Origin: Veleropilina oligotropha
Taxonomy: Eukaryota
Reading direction: 5' to 3'
DNA: 64,000 nt
Assembly: GCA_048128005.1 (NCBI GenBank)
Contig: JBEUKZ010000085.1
Span: forward strand, 124,001 to 188,000
A model generated the notes under the pieces. The model was not told the origin of the DNA. It saw only the letters and a program-made list of their open reading frames with translations, and made no database searches. The position numbers were made by a program, and so were the translations under genes. The first letter of the stretch is position 1. The number at the start of each line of letters is the position of its first letter. Shown here piece by piece: positions 48,003 to 64,000 of the stretch.

Positions 48003-51000
48003 AACAAGAACTCCACAGAGCAATATGTCCCGCCTGATGGTGGAAAATTACGATATAATTTGCACGTACGGACGGAGCAACAACAATATCCCATTTCCTT
48101 CAAGCGGCAGACAGAAAGTGTTGTCCAAGTTTGGTGATCATAGGACCTGTAGTATTCCAGACACAGCTATACGCAAAACTTAAAGTTGAACAAGAAATTC
48201 CGCGGAATTGTATATGTCCCGCCTATCCCCGCTTTAACCCTGAAAAGACCACTTTTTCCGTTTGTAAATCAATGACTAAAAAATACTACCTAACATCCAT
48301 TGCTGATCCTAATCTTAATATAATAATATTAGTGTGTGTGTCTGTTTCAAGTTGAACTCCTCCCAGACGCTTTGACCTAGGACCTTCAAACTTTGGGGGG
48401 TTAATCGGGGTCCCCCAAGGAAGGTTTACCACGAAAAAAATTCGGAAAATTCGGGAAATTTTTTTTTTTTTACTATATCTCTTCATATAATGGAGCTATA
48501 ATTCTATGTGTGCGTGTCTGTCTGTCTGTTTCAAGTTGAACTCCTCCCAGACGCTTTGACCTAGGACCTTCAAACTTTGGGGGGTTAATCGGGGTCCCCC
48601 AAGGAAGGTTTACCACGAAAAAATTTCGGAAAATTCGGGAAAAAAAAAAATTATTTAAGGGAGCACTATCCAAAAAAAAAAAAAAAAAAAAAATTGGGGT
48701 GGGGGGACTTACCCGGCGGAGACGGGTACCATTGCTAGTATAGTTAATAATAGGAGACAATCCAAAAGAATAACATGTATGCACCTCCCTAAGCTCATAA
48801 GGTTTTCATACATGAAGTTTGAAGGTGTGAACTGATGGTGCAGGAAAGAGATATCATCTGTAAAATGAATATCGTGAAAAATACCAAAGTCATTTGCGCG
48901 TAAAAAGTAGGTCAAGTTCACGAGGGCAGCATCCGTATGTAATAGTTACACTGTAATAAAGATGCTGTCCAAATATGATGAACCTTAGGCACTTACACTT
49001 TGTCAGAAACAGAGCTAAACACAAATCTTAACAATTGTTGACGCCGCCGACGCCAGAAAACAAAATCTTATTATCATATTACGTGTGTATACATGTACTC
49101 AATATTAAAAATATTTGCAGCAGCGATATAATGACTAATCCATAGTATCCCAGATTATTGACTGAGGATACAATGATTTGAACCTTGACCAGATGAGGAG
49201 TCTGTGATATTAGACACTGGATACAGTCCGTTCTTGTAATGGCCAAATATACCGCCATCTCAAGATACCCATGGAATAAACCAATGGGGAAGCCAGTTTT
49301 CAAAATGCATCTGATTTTGAGAATCCCAGCTCCACAGAGTAACCATTAAGCTTAACAGCTTACTGTGCCTATTGGCAGTGAGCAAGTCTTACAGATAAGC
49401 ACATGTCCTTTTCACCTACACACATAATACTTACATAATTAAATAAACAAAAACACCTATTTTTATGCAATAATTATATTAAATTTTATTCAATATCGCT
49501 ATGAGTATGAGGTAAGGTACATATAACCCACATCAAAGGATATATAATTACATATGCCCCAAATTTCTTAATAATTATACAAGCATAAATACAATCAATA
49601 CCAAAATTTAACCAAATTGTTTACGGATAAACGGACGGACCAACAGAGCAACAACAATTATCCCAGCTTTTTCAGCCGATGGACAGAAAGTGTTGTCCAA
49701 GTTTGGTGATCATAGGACTTTTCATATTCCGGACACTGAGCTAAACTCTAAACTTAACGTGGAAATTGGTGGAAAATACCAAAGTCATGTGCGCGTAAAA
49801 ACGTAGGTCAAGGTCGCAATATCAGCACCTATTTTTAATGGGAAGTCTATAACAAAGATGTTGTCCAATTTTGGTGATCATAGGACTTGTAGTATTCCAG
49901 AAAATGAGCTAAACGGTAAACTTAACATTGAAAATGGTGAAAAATACCAAAGACATTTGCACGTAAAAAATAGGTAAAGATCACGAGGACAGCAACCATA
50001 TGTAATGGGTACACTGTAATAAAGATGCTGTCCAAATATGATGAACCTAGCACTTACACTTTGTCAGAAACAGAGCTAAACACAAATCTAACAATTGTTG
50101 ACGATGACGACGACGACGCCGGAAAAGCTATACCTATGTCCCGCTTCTGCCCAGCAGGCGGGACAATAATACAGAAGACATTTGCGCATAAAAGTAGGTC
50201 AATGTCGCGAGGGCAGCACTGATATGTTTACCGACAAATGGACGGACAGAGCAACAACAATATCCCGCTTCCTTCAGGCGGCAGACAGATACTGTTGTCC
50301 AAGTTGGCGATCATAGGACTTGTAGTATTCCAGACACTGAGCAAAACGCAAACCTTAATGTTGAAAAATAACGAAACCATTTGTTGACGGACAGACGGAC
50401 GCACAGAGCAACAACAATATCCCGATATACCGATGTTATTTGTGCGTAAAACGTAGGTCAAGGTCACGATGGCAGCATCGATATGTAATGGGCAATCTAT
50501 AACAAAGTTGTTGTCCAATTTTGGTGATCATAGGACTTGTAGTATTCCAGAAACTGAGCTAAACGCTAAACTTAACATTGAAAATGATGGGAAATACCGA
50601 AGGCATGTGCACATAAAACGTAGGTCAAGGTCACAAGAGCAGCACCGATGTTTAATGGGCACTCTATAACAATGATGTTGTCCAATTTTGGTGATCATAG
50701 GACTTGTAGTATTCCAGAAACTGAGTTAAACGCTAAACTTAACGTTGAAAATGGTGAAAAATACCGAAGTCATTTGCGTGTACAAAGTAGATCAAGGTCA
50801 TGAGGGCAGCATCCATATGTAATGGGTACACTGTAATAAAGATGCTGTACAAATATGATGAACCTAGCATTTACACTTTGTCAGAAATAGAGCTAAACAC
50901 AAATCGTAACAATTGTTGACGCTGACGCCGGAAAAGCTATACCTATGTCCCGCTTCTGCTCCGCAGGCGGGACAATAAAAAGATATTAAAAGGCTTGGCT

Positions 51001-52556
51001 TTGAAGCTTCTTTCTGGTGGCAGACAGAAAGTGTTGTCCAAGTTTGGTGATCATAGGACTTGTAGTATTCCAAAAACTGACCTAAACGCAAAACTTAACG
51101 TTGAAAAATACCGAAGTCATTTGCACGTAAAACGTAGGTCAAGGTCATGCTGGCAGCACTGATATGTAATGGGCACTCTATAACAAAGTTGTTGTCCAAT
51201 TTTGGTGATCATAGGACTTTTAGTATTCCAGAAACTGAGCTAAACGCTAAACTTAACGTTGAAAATGATGAAAAATACCGAAGTCATTTGCACGTAAAAA
51301 CGTAGGTCAAGGTCGCAATATCAGCACCTATATTTAATGGGCAGTCTATAACAAAGATGTTGTCCAATTTTGGTGATCATAGGACTTGTAGTATTCCAGA
51401 AAATGAGCTAAACGATAAACTTAACATTGAAAATGGTGAAAAATAACAAAGACATTTGCACGTAAAAAATAGGTAAAGATCACGAGGACAGCATCCATAT
51501 GTAATGGGTACACTGTAATACAGATGCTGTGCAAATATGATGGACCTAGCACTTACACTTTGTCAGAAACAGAGCTAAACACAAATCTTAACAATTGTTG
51601 ACGACGACGACGACGCCGACGACGACGCCGGAAAAGCTATACCTATGTCCCGCTTCTGCTCCGCAGGCGGGACAAAAATACCGAAGTCATTTGTTGACGC
51701 AAGGACAGAGCAACAACAATATCCCCCGCTTCCTTCAGGCGGCGGACAGAAAGTGTTGTCCACGTTTGGTGATCATAGGACGTGTAGTATTCCAGACACT
51801 GAGCTATATGCAAAGCTTAAAGTTGAATAATACCGAAGTCATTTGTTGACGGACAGACGAACGGACGGAGCAACAACAATATCCCCCGCTTCCTTCAGGT
51901 GGCGGACAGAAAGTGTTGTCCAATTTTGGTGATCATATGACTTGTCGTATTCCAGACACTGAGATAAACGCAAAACATAACGTTGAAAAATACCTAAGTC
52001 ATTTGCGCGTAAAACATAGGTCAAGGTCGCGAGAGCAGCACCGATATGTAATGTACACTCTATAACAAAGTTGTAGTCCAATTTTGGTGATCATAGGACT
52101 TGTATAAGCATTCCAGAAACTGAGTTACATGCTAAATTTAACGTTGAAAAAGGTGAAAAATACCGAAGTCATTTGTGCATAAAAAGTAGGTCAAGGTCAA
52201 GAGGGGCTGCAAACAGAAAGCGAGGGCAGCACCGATATGTAATGGGCACTCTATAACAAAGTTGTTGTCCAATTTTGGTGATCATAGGACTTGTAGTATT
52301 CCAGAAACTGAGTTAAACGCTAAACTTAACGTTGAAAATGGTGAAAAATACCGAAGTCATTTGCGCATCAAAAGTAGGTCAAGGGCAGCATCCATATGTA
52401 ATGTGTACACTGTAATCAAGATACTGTCAAATATGATGAACATAGCACTTACACTTTGTTAGAAAGAGAGCTAAACACAAATCTTAACAATTGTTAACGC
52501 CGCCGACGCCGGAAAAGCTATACCTATGTCCAGCTTCTGATCCGCAGGCGGGACAA
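48003..52556. mobile_element. Composite array of HINE-like elements with ~167-bp core repeats
   Basis: AACAAG starts; core ttgtccaattttggtgatcataggacttgtagtattccaga...ggtcaaggtca; (GAC)n tracts; terminal hairpins tgtcccgc...gcgggaca ending at ~50165, 50973, 51674 and 52554. Confidence 0.75.
48313..48738 (+). mobile_element. Non-autonomous Helitron nested in the HINE array
   Basis: A|TC start, internally duplicated body, 3' hairpin acccg...cgggt followed by CTAG|T. Confidence 0.7.
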
Positions 52557-52672
52557 TAAAAGGATATATTGTATTTGTATTCAACTGCATATTTTCATCA
52601 GTTTCGAAAACTACCTGAATATGTCCTTTATAGACATGTTCTTATCACACGATTCAGCCGGCCAAATTGTTA

Positions 52673-52975
<303 letters not shown>

Positions 52976-53422
52976 TCACACATCATATTAATAAAGAAGT
53001 AAACAATATGTACAAAGTAAATTATATTTCCACTTTGATTCAGGTTGAAACACAACATATCGTCAAAATGTACATATTTAAGAATATTTATATCATTCAG
53101 TATCATATCACGTCGTGCATTCCGTAATCAATGTCTGGTGTGACATTATGGCAATAGATTGGTGCACTTTAGAGCCAACCTTGACACTCAACTCGCACAA
53201 AAATAGCATATAATGTCTGCTGAAATTGCCGAAATTGAACTACATGCCATAAGACTAAAAGCCAATAACCTTAAATATTCTATGCTACATTTTCAATTTA
53301 TTTTTAACGTGAACTGCAAATGTACGTTCCAAAATAATTTAGCTTGCCAAATGGCAATTCATTATTCAATTTCTGTTAGTGAACAGCAGGCCTACAGTAT
53401 AAACATCTACACTAATGCATTA

Positions 53423-53830
<408 letters not shown>

Positions 53831-54219
53831 TTACAGGCAAACAAAAGGCGATCTGTGAATCTGGTCGTAACAGATGTGTAATTTCATTATCTAGTCAAGA
53901 TTACACTGATACACTGATAATGAATTATGAATACCAGGTGATGGGGGGAGTTGCTGCTGGACTACAATACCTGACATCTCGGATGCAGTGGTCAATCTGC
54001 AGCTCTCTATCCTCTCACACGTGGTTCGGCAGTGCGGGGTCGATAGTCAAGATAGTCCATTATTGGTTTTTCCTCACATTAATACGAACATGTCCTATAC
54101 CATGACAATAAAGCATGGGATACATTTGAAAAATGTTACTGTGCAGACGACAGAGAGCATGAATGTTGATTTATCAAGCAGATAATGGCAAATGCATGTG
54201 CTTTATGATAAGTCCTTAC

Positions 54220-54420
54220 TCGTCTGTCGTGCCAGAGAATAGTTGGTCAGGCCGAAGCCGTCCTGTGCATTCTTCTTCTTCTTTGCGTCATCTCCCTTCC
54301 TCTTGTTGGGCTCCATCTCGTGGCCGAACTCGGCGCCGATGACCCCCAGCATGACGATGGCAGTCGCCTGCCGCCGCCGACTCTCAAAGTTAGTCGTCAC
54401 TTTGTGGACCGGAGAGTCAC
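54220..54420 (-). CDS. WDR7: WDR7 exon
   Basis: DSPVHKVTTNFESRRRQATAIVMLGVIGAEFG...GFGLTNYSLARQT; phase 1-1. Confidence 0.92.
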
Positions 54421-54437
54421 CTGATAAAAAATGAATA

Positions 54438-56951
54438 AACAAGTGCTATCGATATAGCGGTATCCCCCGCGGTAATGCATTTTGTCAATATATGCAAGAA
54501 ATAGATTTAGTACAATGTTTGGATGGTATGGAGATTTCTTATTGAAATTGGGCTTTACTTCCTAGATATATCAGCCAGCATACAAAATATATCTTGAGCA
54601 GCCCACATGCACTAATTGAACAACTTTGTCCAAACTTGCAAATGTAACAAATTTCTATGTCCAAATACACAAATTTAATACAGATTTTGTGTTAAATTGA
54701 ATGCAACATCACTGCCAGAGCAGCATGTAGCAAAACAGACCCAACCCATATGCACTAATCAATATAACTGTCAGAATAGTAGGTAACAACTATGAAGCAT
54801 ACACCAATGCATATGTTTGCAAAAACATGCCTTAATCAATCAATATTTGCTAATTGAAAAACTTTAACCGAAAATGTTTACTAAATTTCTATGTAAAAAA
54901 CAGCAATTATTTATTTTAAATTGTATTAAGGATAGCAGGTAGTGCCAATAAGGCCAACACCAAAGAATATGCATTAAAAATTGACTTACTAAACCTATAT
55001 GCAATCATCGAAAAACTTTAACCTAAACAATTTAACAGAAATTTAAATATTCTATATAAAAAACACCAATTTCACAAATTATTTATATTAAATTTTGTTC
55101 AATATCACTGCCAGGCTTAGCAGGTAGCATAAATATAGCCACCAACAAAGCATAAGTATGCAAAAAATTGCAATGATCATTGTATAAGCACTCAGTTAAA
55201 AACTTTAACTGAAAATTTGTAACTAAATTTATATGTCCCAAAACACCAATTTCATGCATTATTTATATAACATTATAGCGTAAATCATTGCCAGAGTATC
55301 AGGTCACATCCATATAACCATTATTAAAGCTTGTGTATGCCAAAATGTTCCTTGAGCAATCGATATACTAAAAAAAAAAAACTTTAACCAAAAACTTTAA
55401 CCAAAAAATGTTTATGTTCAAAGTGCTATTTTTTCACAAAATAAATAAAAAATCTTTTTGTTTTTGATTCCAACTAAAGGCTAAACATGTCAACTTTCCA
55501 TCTAAATAGGTTTGATTGAGTTATTCATCCATTAAATGCATGTAATACCTTATCCAAAAACTTTAACCAAAATTGTGACCGGACGGACGGAGGGACGGAC
55601 GGATGCTATCCCTATATCCCCCTTCGGCTTTTTCCTTCGGAAGCCGCGGGGGATAATAATCTAAACAAGTGCTATCGATATAGCGGTATCCCCTGCGGTA
55701 AAGCATTTTGTCAATATATGCAAGAAATAGATTTAGTACGTTTTGATGGTGTGGAGATTTTTGATCGAAATTGGTCTTTAATCCCTAGATCTATCAACCA
55801 GCATATACATGTATAAAATATATCTTGAGCAGCACACATTCACTAATTGAATAACTTTGTTCAAACTTGCAAATGTAACACATTATTTGTCTTAAATTAA
55901 TCAAAATTTCTATGTCCAAATACACAAATTTAACACAGTTTTGTGTTAAAATGAATGCAACATTACTGCCAGAGCAGCATGTAGCATCACAAAGTCAACC
56001 CATATGCACTCACTGAAACTTTAAATAAAATTTCACAGAACTGTAACAATAGCAGGTAACAACTACGAAGCACACACCAATGCATATGCAACAACATGTC
56101 TTGATCAATCAATATGCGGTAATTGAATTATTGATTGCGGTAATTGAATAACTTAAACCGAAAATGTTTACTAAATTTCTATGTCAAAAAGCATTTTATT
56201 TTATTTTAAATTTATTAAATATCACTTCCAGAATAGCAGGTAGTGTCAATATGGCCAACACCAAAGTATATGCATTAAAAAAGTGCTTTATTAAACCTAT
56301 ATGCAATAATCAAAAAACTTTAACCTAAAAAATGTAACTAAAATTTGTATATAAAAACATCAATTTCACAAATTATTTATATTAAATTTTGTTCAATATC
56401 ACTGCCAGGCTAGCAGCTAACATCAATATAGCCAGCAACAAAGCATAAGTGTGCAAACAAGTGCAATGATCATCGTATAAGCACTCTTTGAACAAGTTTA
56501 AACGAAAAATTTTAACTAAATTTCTATGTCCGAAAACACCAATTTCATGCATTATTTATATAAAATTATAATGTAAATCATTACCAGAGGATCAGGTCAC
56601 ATCCATATAACCATTACTAAAGCTTGTATATGTTAAAATGTTCCTTGAGCAATCGATATACACTCAAAAGAAAAACTTTAACCAAAAATTTTAACCGAAA
56701 AATGTCTATGTTAAAAGTGCTTTTTTCACAAAATAAAAAAAAAATCTTTGTTTTTGGTTCCAACTAAAGGCATGTCTACTTTCCATCTAAATAGGTTTGA
56801 TCGAGTTATTCATCCATTAAATGCATGTAATACCTCATCCAAAAACATTAACCAAAAGTGTGACCAGACAGACGGATGGAAGGATGGACGGACGGATGGA
56901 GGCTATCCCTATATCCCCCTTTGGCTTTTTTCTTCGGAAGCCGCGGGGATA
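54438..56951. mobile_element. Two head-to-tail copies of a ~1.25-kb HINE-like element
   Basis: aacaagtgctatcgatatagcggtatcccc at 54438 and 55664; (GGAC)n tract and terminal hairpin tatcccc...ggggata. Confidence 0.8.
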
Positions 56952-57280
56952 ATAATAATGAGAGACACGCTAAAATAAACATACAACAAAACAATTCTTA
57001 ATTTATAAATATTGTACAACATGTACCTTGAGATTGCAACCAATATATTATATTATATTTACCGGGTAAACATTGATAATATGTCTTGACTATAATGTTA
57101 AATATTAATTTTGAAGGTACAAAGTATACATCAAAATACCATCACCTGCTCTCAATGGTTTTTTGCATAGAGATAGATGCAAGCGAAAATGTTTGATTGC
57201 AAATTGTCGGTTTTATCCCAAATACTGCAGCTGTTTTAGAGAATACAGCAAACATTGACCACTATCCGACCATCAAACAA

Positions 57281-57396
57281 CATTGTGGGCTGCACTGTGG
57301 GCTGCACCGTGGGCCGCACTGTGGGCTGCACTGTGGGCCGCAATGTGGGCCGCACTGTGGGCTGCATTGTGGGCCACAATGTGGGCCGCACTGTGG
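57281..57396 (+). repeat. 12-bp tandem repeat (cactgtgggc(c/t)g, ~9.5 units) at the head of an old SINE
   Basis: The last unit runs into gtggtgcggtggataagagc...gggttcg (A/B boxes) and the family-1 tail at ~57600. Confidence 0.85.
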
Positions 57397-57623
57397 TGCG
57401 GTGGATAAGAGCGCAGCTCCCTTCACTGCTCTGATTAACAGGACTGGGTTCGGATCTTCGACTGGGCCATTTTTTCAATTAACAGTCACAGTTTCCATAA
57501 CTGTGGGCGGAATTTCCGATTTTAGCAGGCTTTCCTCCACGATAATATGGACATTTCCTGAAGAGTGTTAAAATGGGATATTAAGCACCGATCAAATCCA
57601 TCATTATTGTCATGGCGACTCAC

Positions 57624-57816
57624 TGCAGAGCATGGGGTCATCATCATCATCCTCGTCATCATCCCCCCGCGTCAGGGGACCCTCTGCCAGGAGACCAGCC
57701 GGCGGCTCGGTGTACGTAGGCAGGAAAGGAGACCAGTCATCCACCACCGTCTTGCGTCCCTCTGGCCCGATCCGACGTAACTCGGCCAGTAACGCGGCCT
57801 GCCCGGCCTCTCTTAT
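57624..57816 (-). CDS. WDR7: WDR7 exon (absent from the ORF track)
   Basis: IREAGQAALLAELRRIGPEGRKTVVDDWSPFLP...; phase 0-1. Confidence 0.92.
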
Positions 57817-57831
57817 CTAAAATAAAACCAG

Positions 57832-58354
57832 GGGTGCGTTGTAAACTGACAATCACTAAATAAGCGCTTAATTAGCGCTGACATAACCGTTGCAACGACA
57901 TGTAATCGCTTACAAAATGGCGGGTTAATATTTCGATTTTATGAATAAAATATTTCTTTGTAATAAGAAACTTTGACAATTATTCTCCCAGGAAAAGCTG
58001 CGATACACCGTACTAGTTATATAGGACGAGATAAAATTATATCAGGAGAATAATTGTAATGAAATAATTTATATTTTATGAAAATAAGTTATTTTTTATT
58101 AATAATTGTTTTAATTTTTATTTAATAAAATCAATATATATGGCCATATGACGATGTTTTGCGCTGTCAGCAGTTCCTTCAATCAAAATTTTCATGTTTA
58201 TAGTACAGGCTTCAGTGACTGATAGAGGCAGCCATCTTGCAAGCACAAAATATGTATCTCACTGGAGGGCTAACAAGCGATGGCAACCGGCTGAAATTCA
58301 GCGGGTTATTGCAAGACAAAGCGCTTTAATCGCTTGGCGTTTTACAACGCACCT
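57832..58354. mobile_element. PIF/Harbinger MITE
   Basis: TIR ggtgcgttgtaaa / tttacaacgcacc; CAG TSD. Confidence 0.8.
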
Positions 58355-58899
58355 CAGAAGTAGCATACTCAACTCAATGGCGGCAAATGTTCCCACATAA
58401 TAGGTAATTGTACTGAGAAAACATTGAAATTCATTAGCCAAAACAAAAGTTAAACAAAACAGATCCTAACCAGAACAGACTTCACACTTGTACATCACTT
58501 AGCCTCATGGAATTTGTGTTGGATTCCCATTATGTCAAAGTATCAATTTGAAATTGAATTTAGTTGCCGAATATCCTGACCGGAACAATAAGATTTAAAT
58601 TTAAACGGTTACTTTTTGGTCAATTTTTAACAATTTTTCAGTTTGTATTGTAGTCGTGACTCCTGGCTGTGTCCGATTTGAGCATTTCAGAAATGCATCA
58701 GTTTTGGTAAATTAAACAAGATTTAATTGCAGGCCATGAATTGAACCAAGAAATTAGAAATTAGATCCTGGAAATGTAAACTGGTTTCACTTGGTGTAAT
58801 TTCAATATAGTTTTCAACTTATGTGTGACAGAATATACAAAAATAAGCATGTTCCCATTTTGTCGGGTCGGTTTAGTGCATAATATTTAAAGCAGACTT

Positions 58900-59716
<817 letters not shown>

Positions 59717-59974
59717 TCAGAGAGACATAAAATGAAGCGAAACATTACAACTAACTTAGGAGTTGCTGCTCTGTCCATGAGTGGGTTCGAAACCTCAGCT
59801 GGGTGCTTTGGTCAATTTAAAGTTACAGTTATCCACAACTGGCTGGTGAGAGCGAATGTCCCTGGATTGCCTCACACCATATTATTGACATGTCCTGGGA
59901 TGACCATTAAGGTTGTTAAAACGGGACTTTGACAAGCATTAAATCACATCAAAACCAAACACCGTTTAGCGTTC

Positions 59975-60421
<447 letters not shown>

Positions 60422-60612
60422 TTAAAAGAACTAGTATCACTAATGATTATATGTTTATAAATTGAAAACAAACATACAACATATTTTTTGCACTTAAATA
60501 ATAAGAATGCATCCATTTAGTCTTAGTTATTAAACGTCAAAATTATTTTCAATAATTATCATGAAAATCGTAAACAACATCAGAATTGTTTTTTCTGTTT
60601 AATGAGCAGATA

Positions 60613-61873
60613 TCATATTTGCTCGCGAATAAGTCGAGGATATTTTCGTAGTTTTAAAGTCCCTAAGTTGGGGGTCGACTTATCCGGCCGATATATACCA
60701 TTTTCGGGTCGAATGTTGGAGAAATCTACGAAAATTTGTTTAATTCGTTGGACTACTTCAGTACTTGTGATAATATGAATTAACATTTTTAGTATTTACG
60801 TACGTTATCATGCTATTTACGTTAGAATACTATGTCATTTAATAACATTTTCAATATAAATATGAACTTTTATCTTACCATAATGTCTTTGTAAAACAAA
60901 TTTATTATCCATAAACAATTGACTTCGAATAACAATCAATTAGTCATGATATTGTGTGCTTATTCAAGTCGGCAACACTGAACTGCAATCTCAACATTGC
61001 GCGAAGACAATAAAACATGGTGCCCAAATTGTATTCTAATGGAAACTTCAGCATATCCCAATTGGAGGTTGCTTGTGTTATTTTAACCAATTATGCCAAC
61101 TTTTTTGACGATAGTATGATAAAATACAAACAATGAGTCAAATGTGATATCGGTCAATCAAATAAACCTTGGTATGGTCTTAAGCGATTTCTATGCATTA
61201 CCGGATTAGCCAAACGAGTGAATGCCATAGGGACACAATGGGTTACTGTTAGCAATAATTATTTATACAAGGGTAGCACTGCGTATATATTGCTGCAAAC
61301 TCGATAATCCTGTTGCTAACCTCCAAAGTTATTTTGGGCTCTCATATGCTGAGATGAGCTGAGTGTCATCCAATGAGAAACATTTATTTGTGGATATGCT
61401 CACTGCTACACGATCACGATTAATCTTAATCAGTCCACAGCTTTAGAAATCTTTATCCTTAGCTAAACATCTCAAACAAAACAAAAGAAGCTAATTGACA
61501 TGGGACAATAGTAGTCTTCTGTCAATGAAGAATTTAATGATGGAGTTACAATGCATGACATTAGCAATGCCTTGAAAACTGGGTGATGTATTGTTTCACT
61601 TGCCTATTAGACATTTTCACAGTCAAAACATCATAAGTAGGCTATTTTACTTGACATAATTATGAAAATATTACGATATAATGATGAATATTACAACAAT
61701 TTATTGTCAAATAAAACATTTTGAAAATAGGGTGTTGAAATTTTCTCGACCACTTGAAATCAGAAAATCGCGCCACGACTAATACGCTCGACATACAAAA
61801 AGTTGTAGTTCCAAAGATGAATGTTGGGGTCTCGACTAATAGGTGAAGTCGACATATCGGCGAGCAAATACGG
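60613..61873. mobile_element. pogo/Tigger-type non-autonomous element
   Basis: TIR tcatatttgctcgc / gcgagcaaatacgg; TA TSD; subterminal gtcgac motifs. Confidence 0.7.
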
Positions 61874-62208
61874 TAATATATACAAGTCTCACGATTAATA
61901 AAAAATGTAATACTTTTTAGTTACATTAACTTAATCACTGCCAAAATAGTGCCTTTCAGAAGATAACATAAATTAGTCACAACATAGCTAATCTGACATA
62001 GTGTTCTTGATTATAAAACTAAATCATAAAATGTAAAACTCCTATATTATAATATAACGTGGAATAAAATCGAAGCTTGCTTTTTCAAATTTACAAGATG
62101 TTGATTTATTCGCTAGAATATTTCATTTGTCATATTATTAAAGAAACATGACAATTTGCATCAGAAAGACAATCAATCATTCGTCCATATTTGGAACAGA
62201 TTGCATAC

Positions 62209-62739
62209 CTTCCTGCACGCCTCCTGTTCGTTTCGGAGGTTGAGGAATGTTTAGCGCCTGCTCGAGATCTTCGTAGGATGCCGATCGGGCCTGCTGCATC
62301 AGGGTGGGCGCATGACTTCCGGTCCTGGTCGGTTTGACCAGACTTATCTCCTCCTTACATACCTTCTTGTGCCAGCCGGGCAGCATCAATGACATGTGGC
62401 CCTGTCTGGATAACAACCCGAATGATATTGGACCTCGCGGTTTGAGTAGACCCAGTTTCCCAATGCACAACTTGTCTAGTTCGGGATCGAGTCCCCATGC
62501 GTGGATGCACGACATCAGGAGTTGAGCGATGTCCAGAGTGAGGCTGTTAGACGCCAGCGGAACGCTGTCTGGTCGGGCAGCGGGTTTGCTGCGTGCACCA
62601 AGCTCAGGTGAGCTCTTGGTGTCGCGGATGGCACCACCGACCGTAGCGTTGGGTACCGGCAGGAATCCGGAGGAATCCACTCTGGCCTGGATCTTCTGGC
62701 CCACGTTCTCTGCTTTGTCCTTCACCTTGGCAATGAAAC
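62209..62739 (-). CDS. WDR7: WDR7 exon (gene continues beyond the window)
   Basis: LTLDIAQLLMSCIHAWGLDPELDKLCIGKLGLLKPRGPISFGLLSRQGHMSLMLPGW; phase 1-1. Confidence 0.93.
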
Positions 62740-63293
62740 CTGGAAAACAATAACACAAATATACAACAAGAACCACGGTCCGATATGTCTCGCCCCTTTA
62801 GACTTAGGAATTTACTAGAAAAGTGTTTTGACCATCTCATAAAAACTTTAGCCGAACATTCTAAGTCCAAAAACACAAATGTTATGTATCAATTATATGA
62901 AATTTTATTTCATATCAATGCCAGAGTATTAGGTGATATCCATATAAACAACACCATAGCATACATATTCCAAAAAGTGATATCCATTCATGAAAAACTT
63001 CAACCAAAAACTTTAAACAAAATTTCTATGTTCACAAACACCACTTTACTTTCATTAATTACATTTGTGCAAACAATTCACAACACAAGCATAAGTTGTA
63101 ACAGATTTATTGTTAAAATACTTGTTTGGCATTCTGGGGACAGCTCGTCATAACAAATCAGAATATACAAATTTTAAAACGGCAAACCAGTGAGGCCACG
63201 AGATGCTACCGCTGGTTTGCCAATATTATATGAAGTTCGTATCAACGCCGAATGAGGCCGCGGGAGCTACCTGCCATTGGGTTAACATGTAGA

Positions 63294-64000
63294 AACAAGT
63301 GCTATCGATATAGCGGTATCCCCCGCGGTAAAGCATTTTGTCAATATATGCAAGAAATAGATTTAGTACAATGTTTGGATGGTATGGAGATTTCTTATTG
63401 AAATTGGGCTTTACTTCCTAGATATATCAGCCAGCATACAAAATATATCTTGAGCAGCCCACATGCACTAATTGAACAACTTTGTCCAAACTTGCAAATG
63501 TAACAAATTATTTGTGTTAAATAAATCAAAATTTCTATGTCCAAATACACAAATTTAATACAGATTTTGTGTTAAATGGAATGCAACATCACTGCCAGAG
63601 CAGCATGTAGCAAAACAGACCCAACCCATATGCACTAATCAATATAACTGTCAGAATAGTAGGTAACAACTATGAAGCATACACCAATGCATATGTTTGC
63701 AAAAACATGCCTTAATCAATCAATATTTGCTAATTGAAAAACTTTAACCGAAAATGTTTACTAAATTTCTATGTAAAAAAACAGCAATTATTTATTTTAA
63801 ATTGTATTAAGGATAGCAGGTAGTGCCAATAAGGCCAACACCAAAGAATATGCATTAAAAATTGACTTACTAAACCTATATGCAATCATCGAAAAACTTT
63901 AACCTAAACAATTTAACAGAAATTTAAATATTCTATATCAAAAACACCAATTTCACAAATTATTTATATTAAATTTTGTTCAATATCACTGCCAGGCTTA
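63294..64000. mobile_element. Third copy of the 1.25-kb HINE-like element (truncated by the window edge)
   Basis: Nearly identical to the copy starting at 54438, apart from a ~25-bp indel. Confidence 0.85.

Noticed and set aside
57197..57571. 124-aa HCG(L/P)-repeat ORF resembling a metal-binding peptide
   Set aside because: It is a translation of the 12-bp minisatellite and SINE, antisense within a WDR7 intron.

Overview
AT-rich, intron-containing animal genomic DNA, probably from a lophotrochozoan-type invertebrate judging by the repeat families (an inference). It holds two convergent host genes. On + is a ~2,120-aa protein with about 33 C2H2 zinc fingers, encoded by one 6.1-kb exon (27257-33391) and a terminal exon (39097-39351). 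On - are the last 11 coding exons of WDR7/rabconnectin-3beta (62739 down to 45591), all phase-consistent. The main mobile element is a structurally complete 7.5-kb DIRS1-type tyrosine-recombinase retrotransposon (13194-20703). It has ITRs, an internal complementary region, an intact gag, a mutated RT-RNaseH-methyltransferase frame, and an overlapping ATG-less frame that begins right after the gag UAG and, once three frameshifts are corrected, runs into the recombinase. Other elements include a Penelope-like element with an inverted pLTR and a variant hammerhead-like core, a nested Harbinger relic, CR1 relics, two SINE families, many MITEs, Crypton-like foldbacks and Helentron/Helitron-type arrays. 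The two most unusual signals are (i) a candidate Gag-recombinase stop-codon readthrough in the DIRS element and (ii) tandem amplification of WDR7 exon boundaries. The latter includes a perfect 44-bp array of AG|GTAAGG acceptor/donor sites that would regenerate the upstream donor, as in recursive splicing. All coordinates were read by eye and no searches were run.
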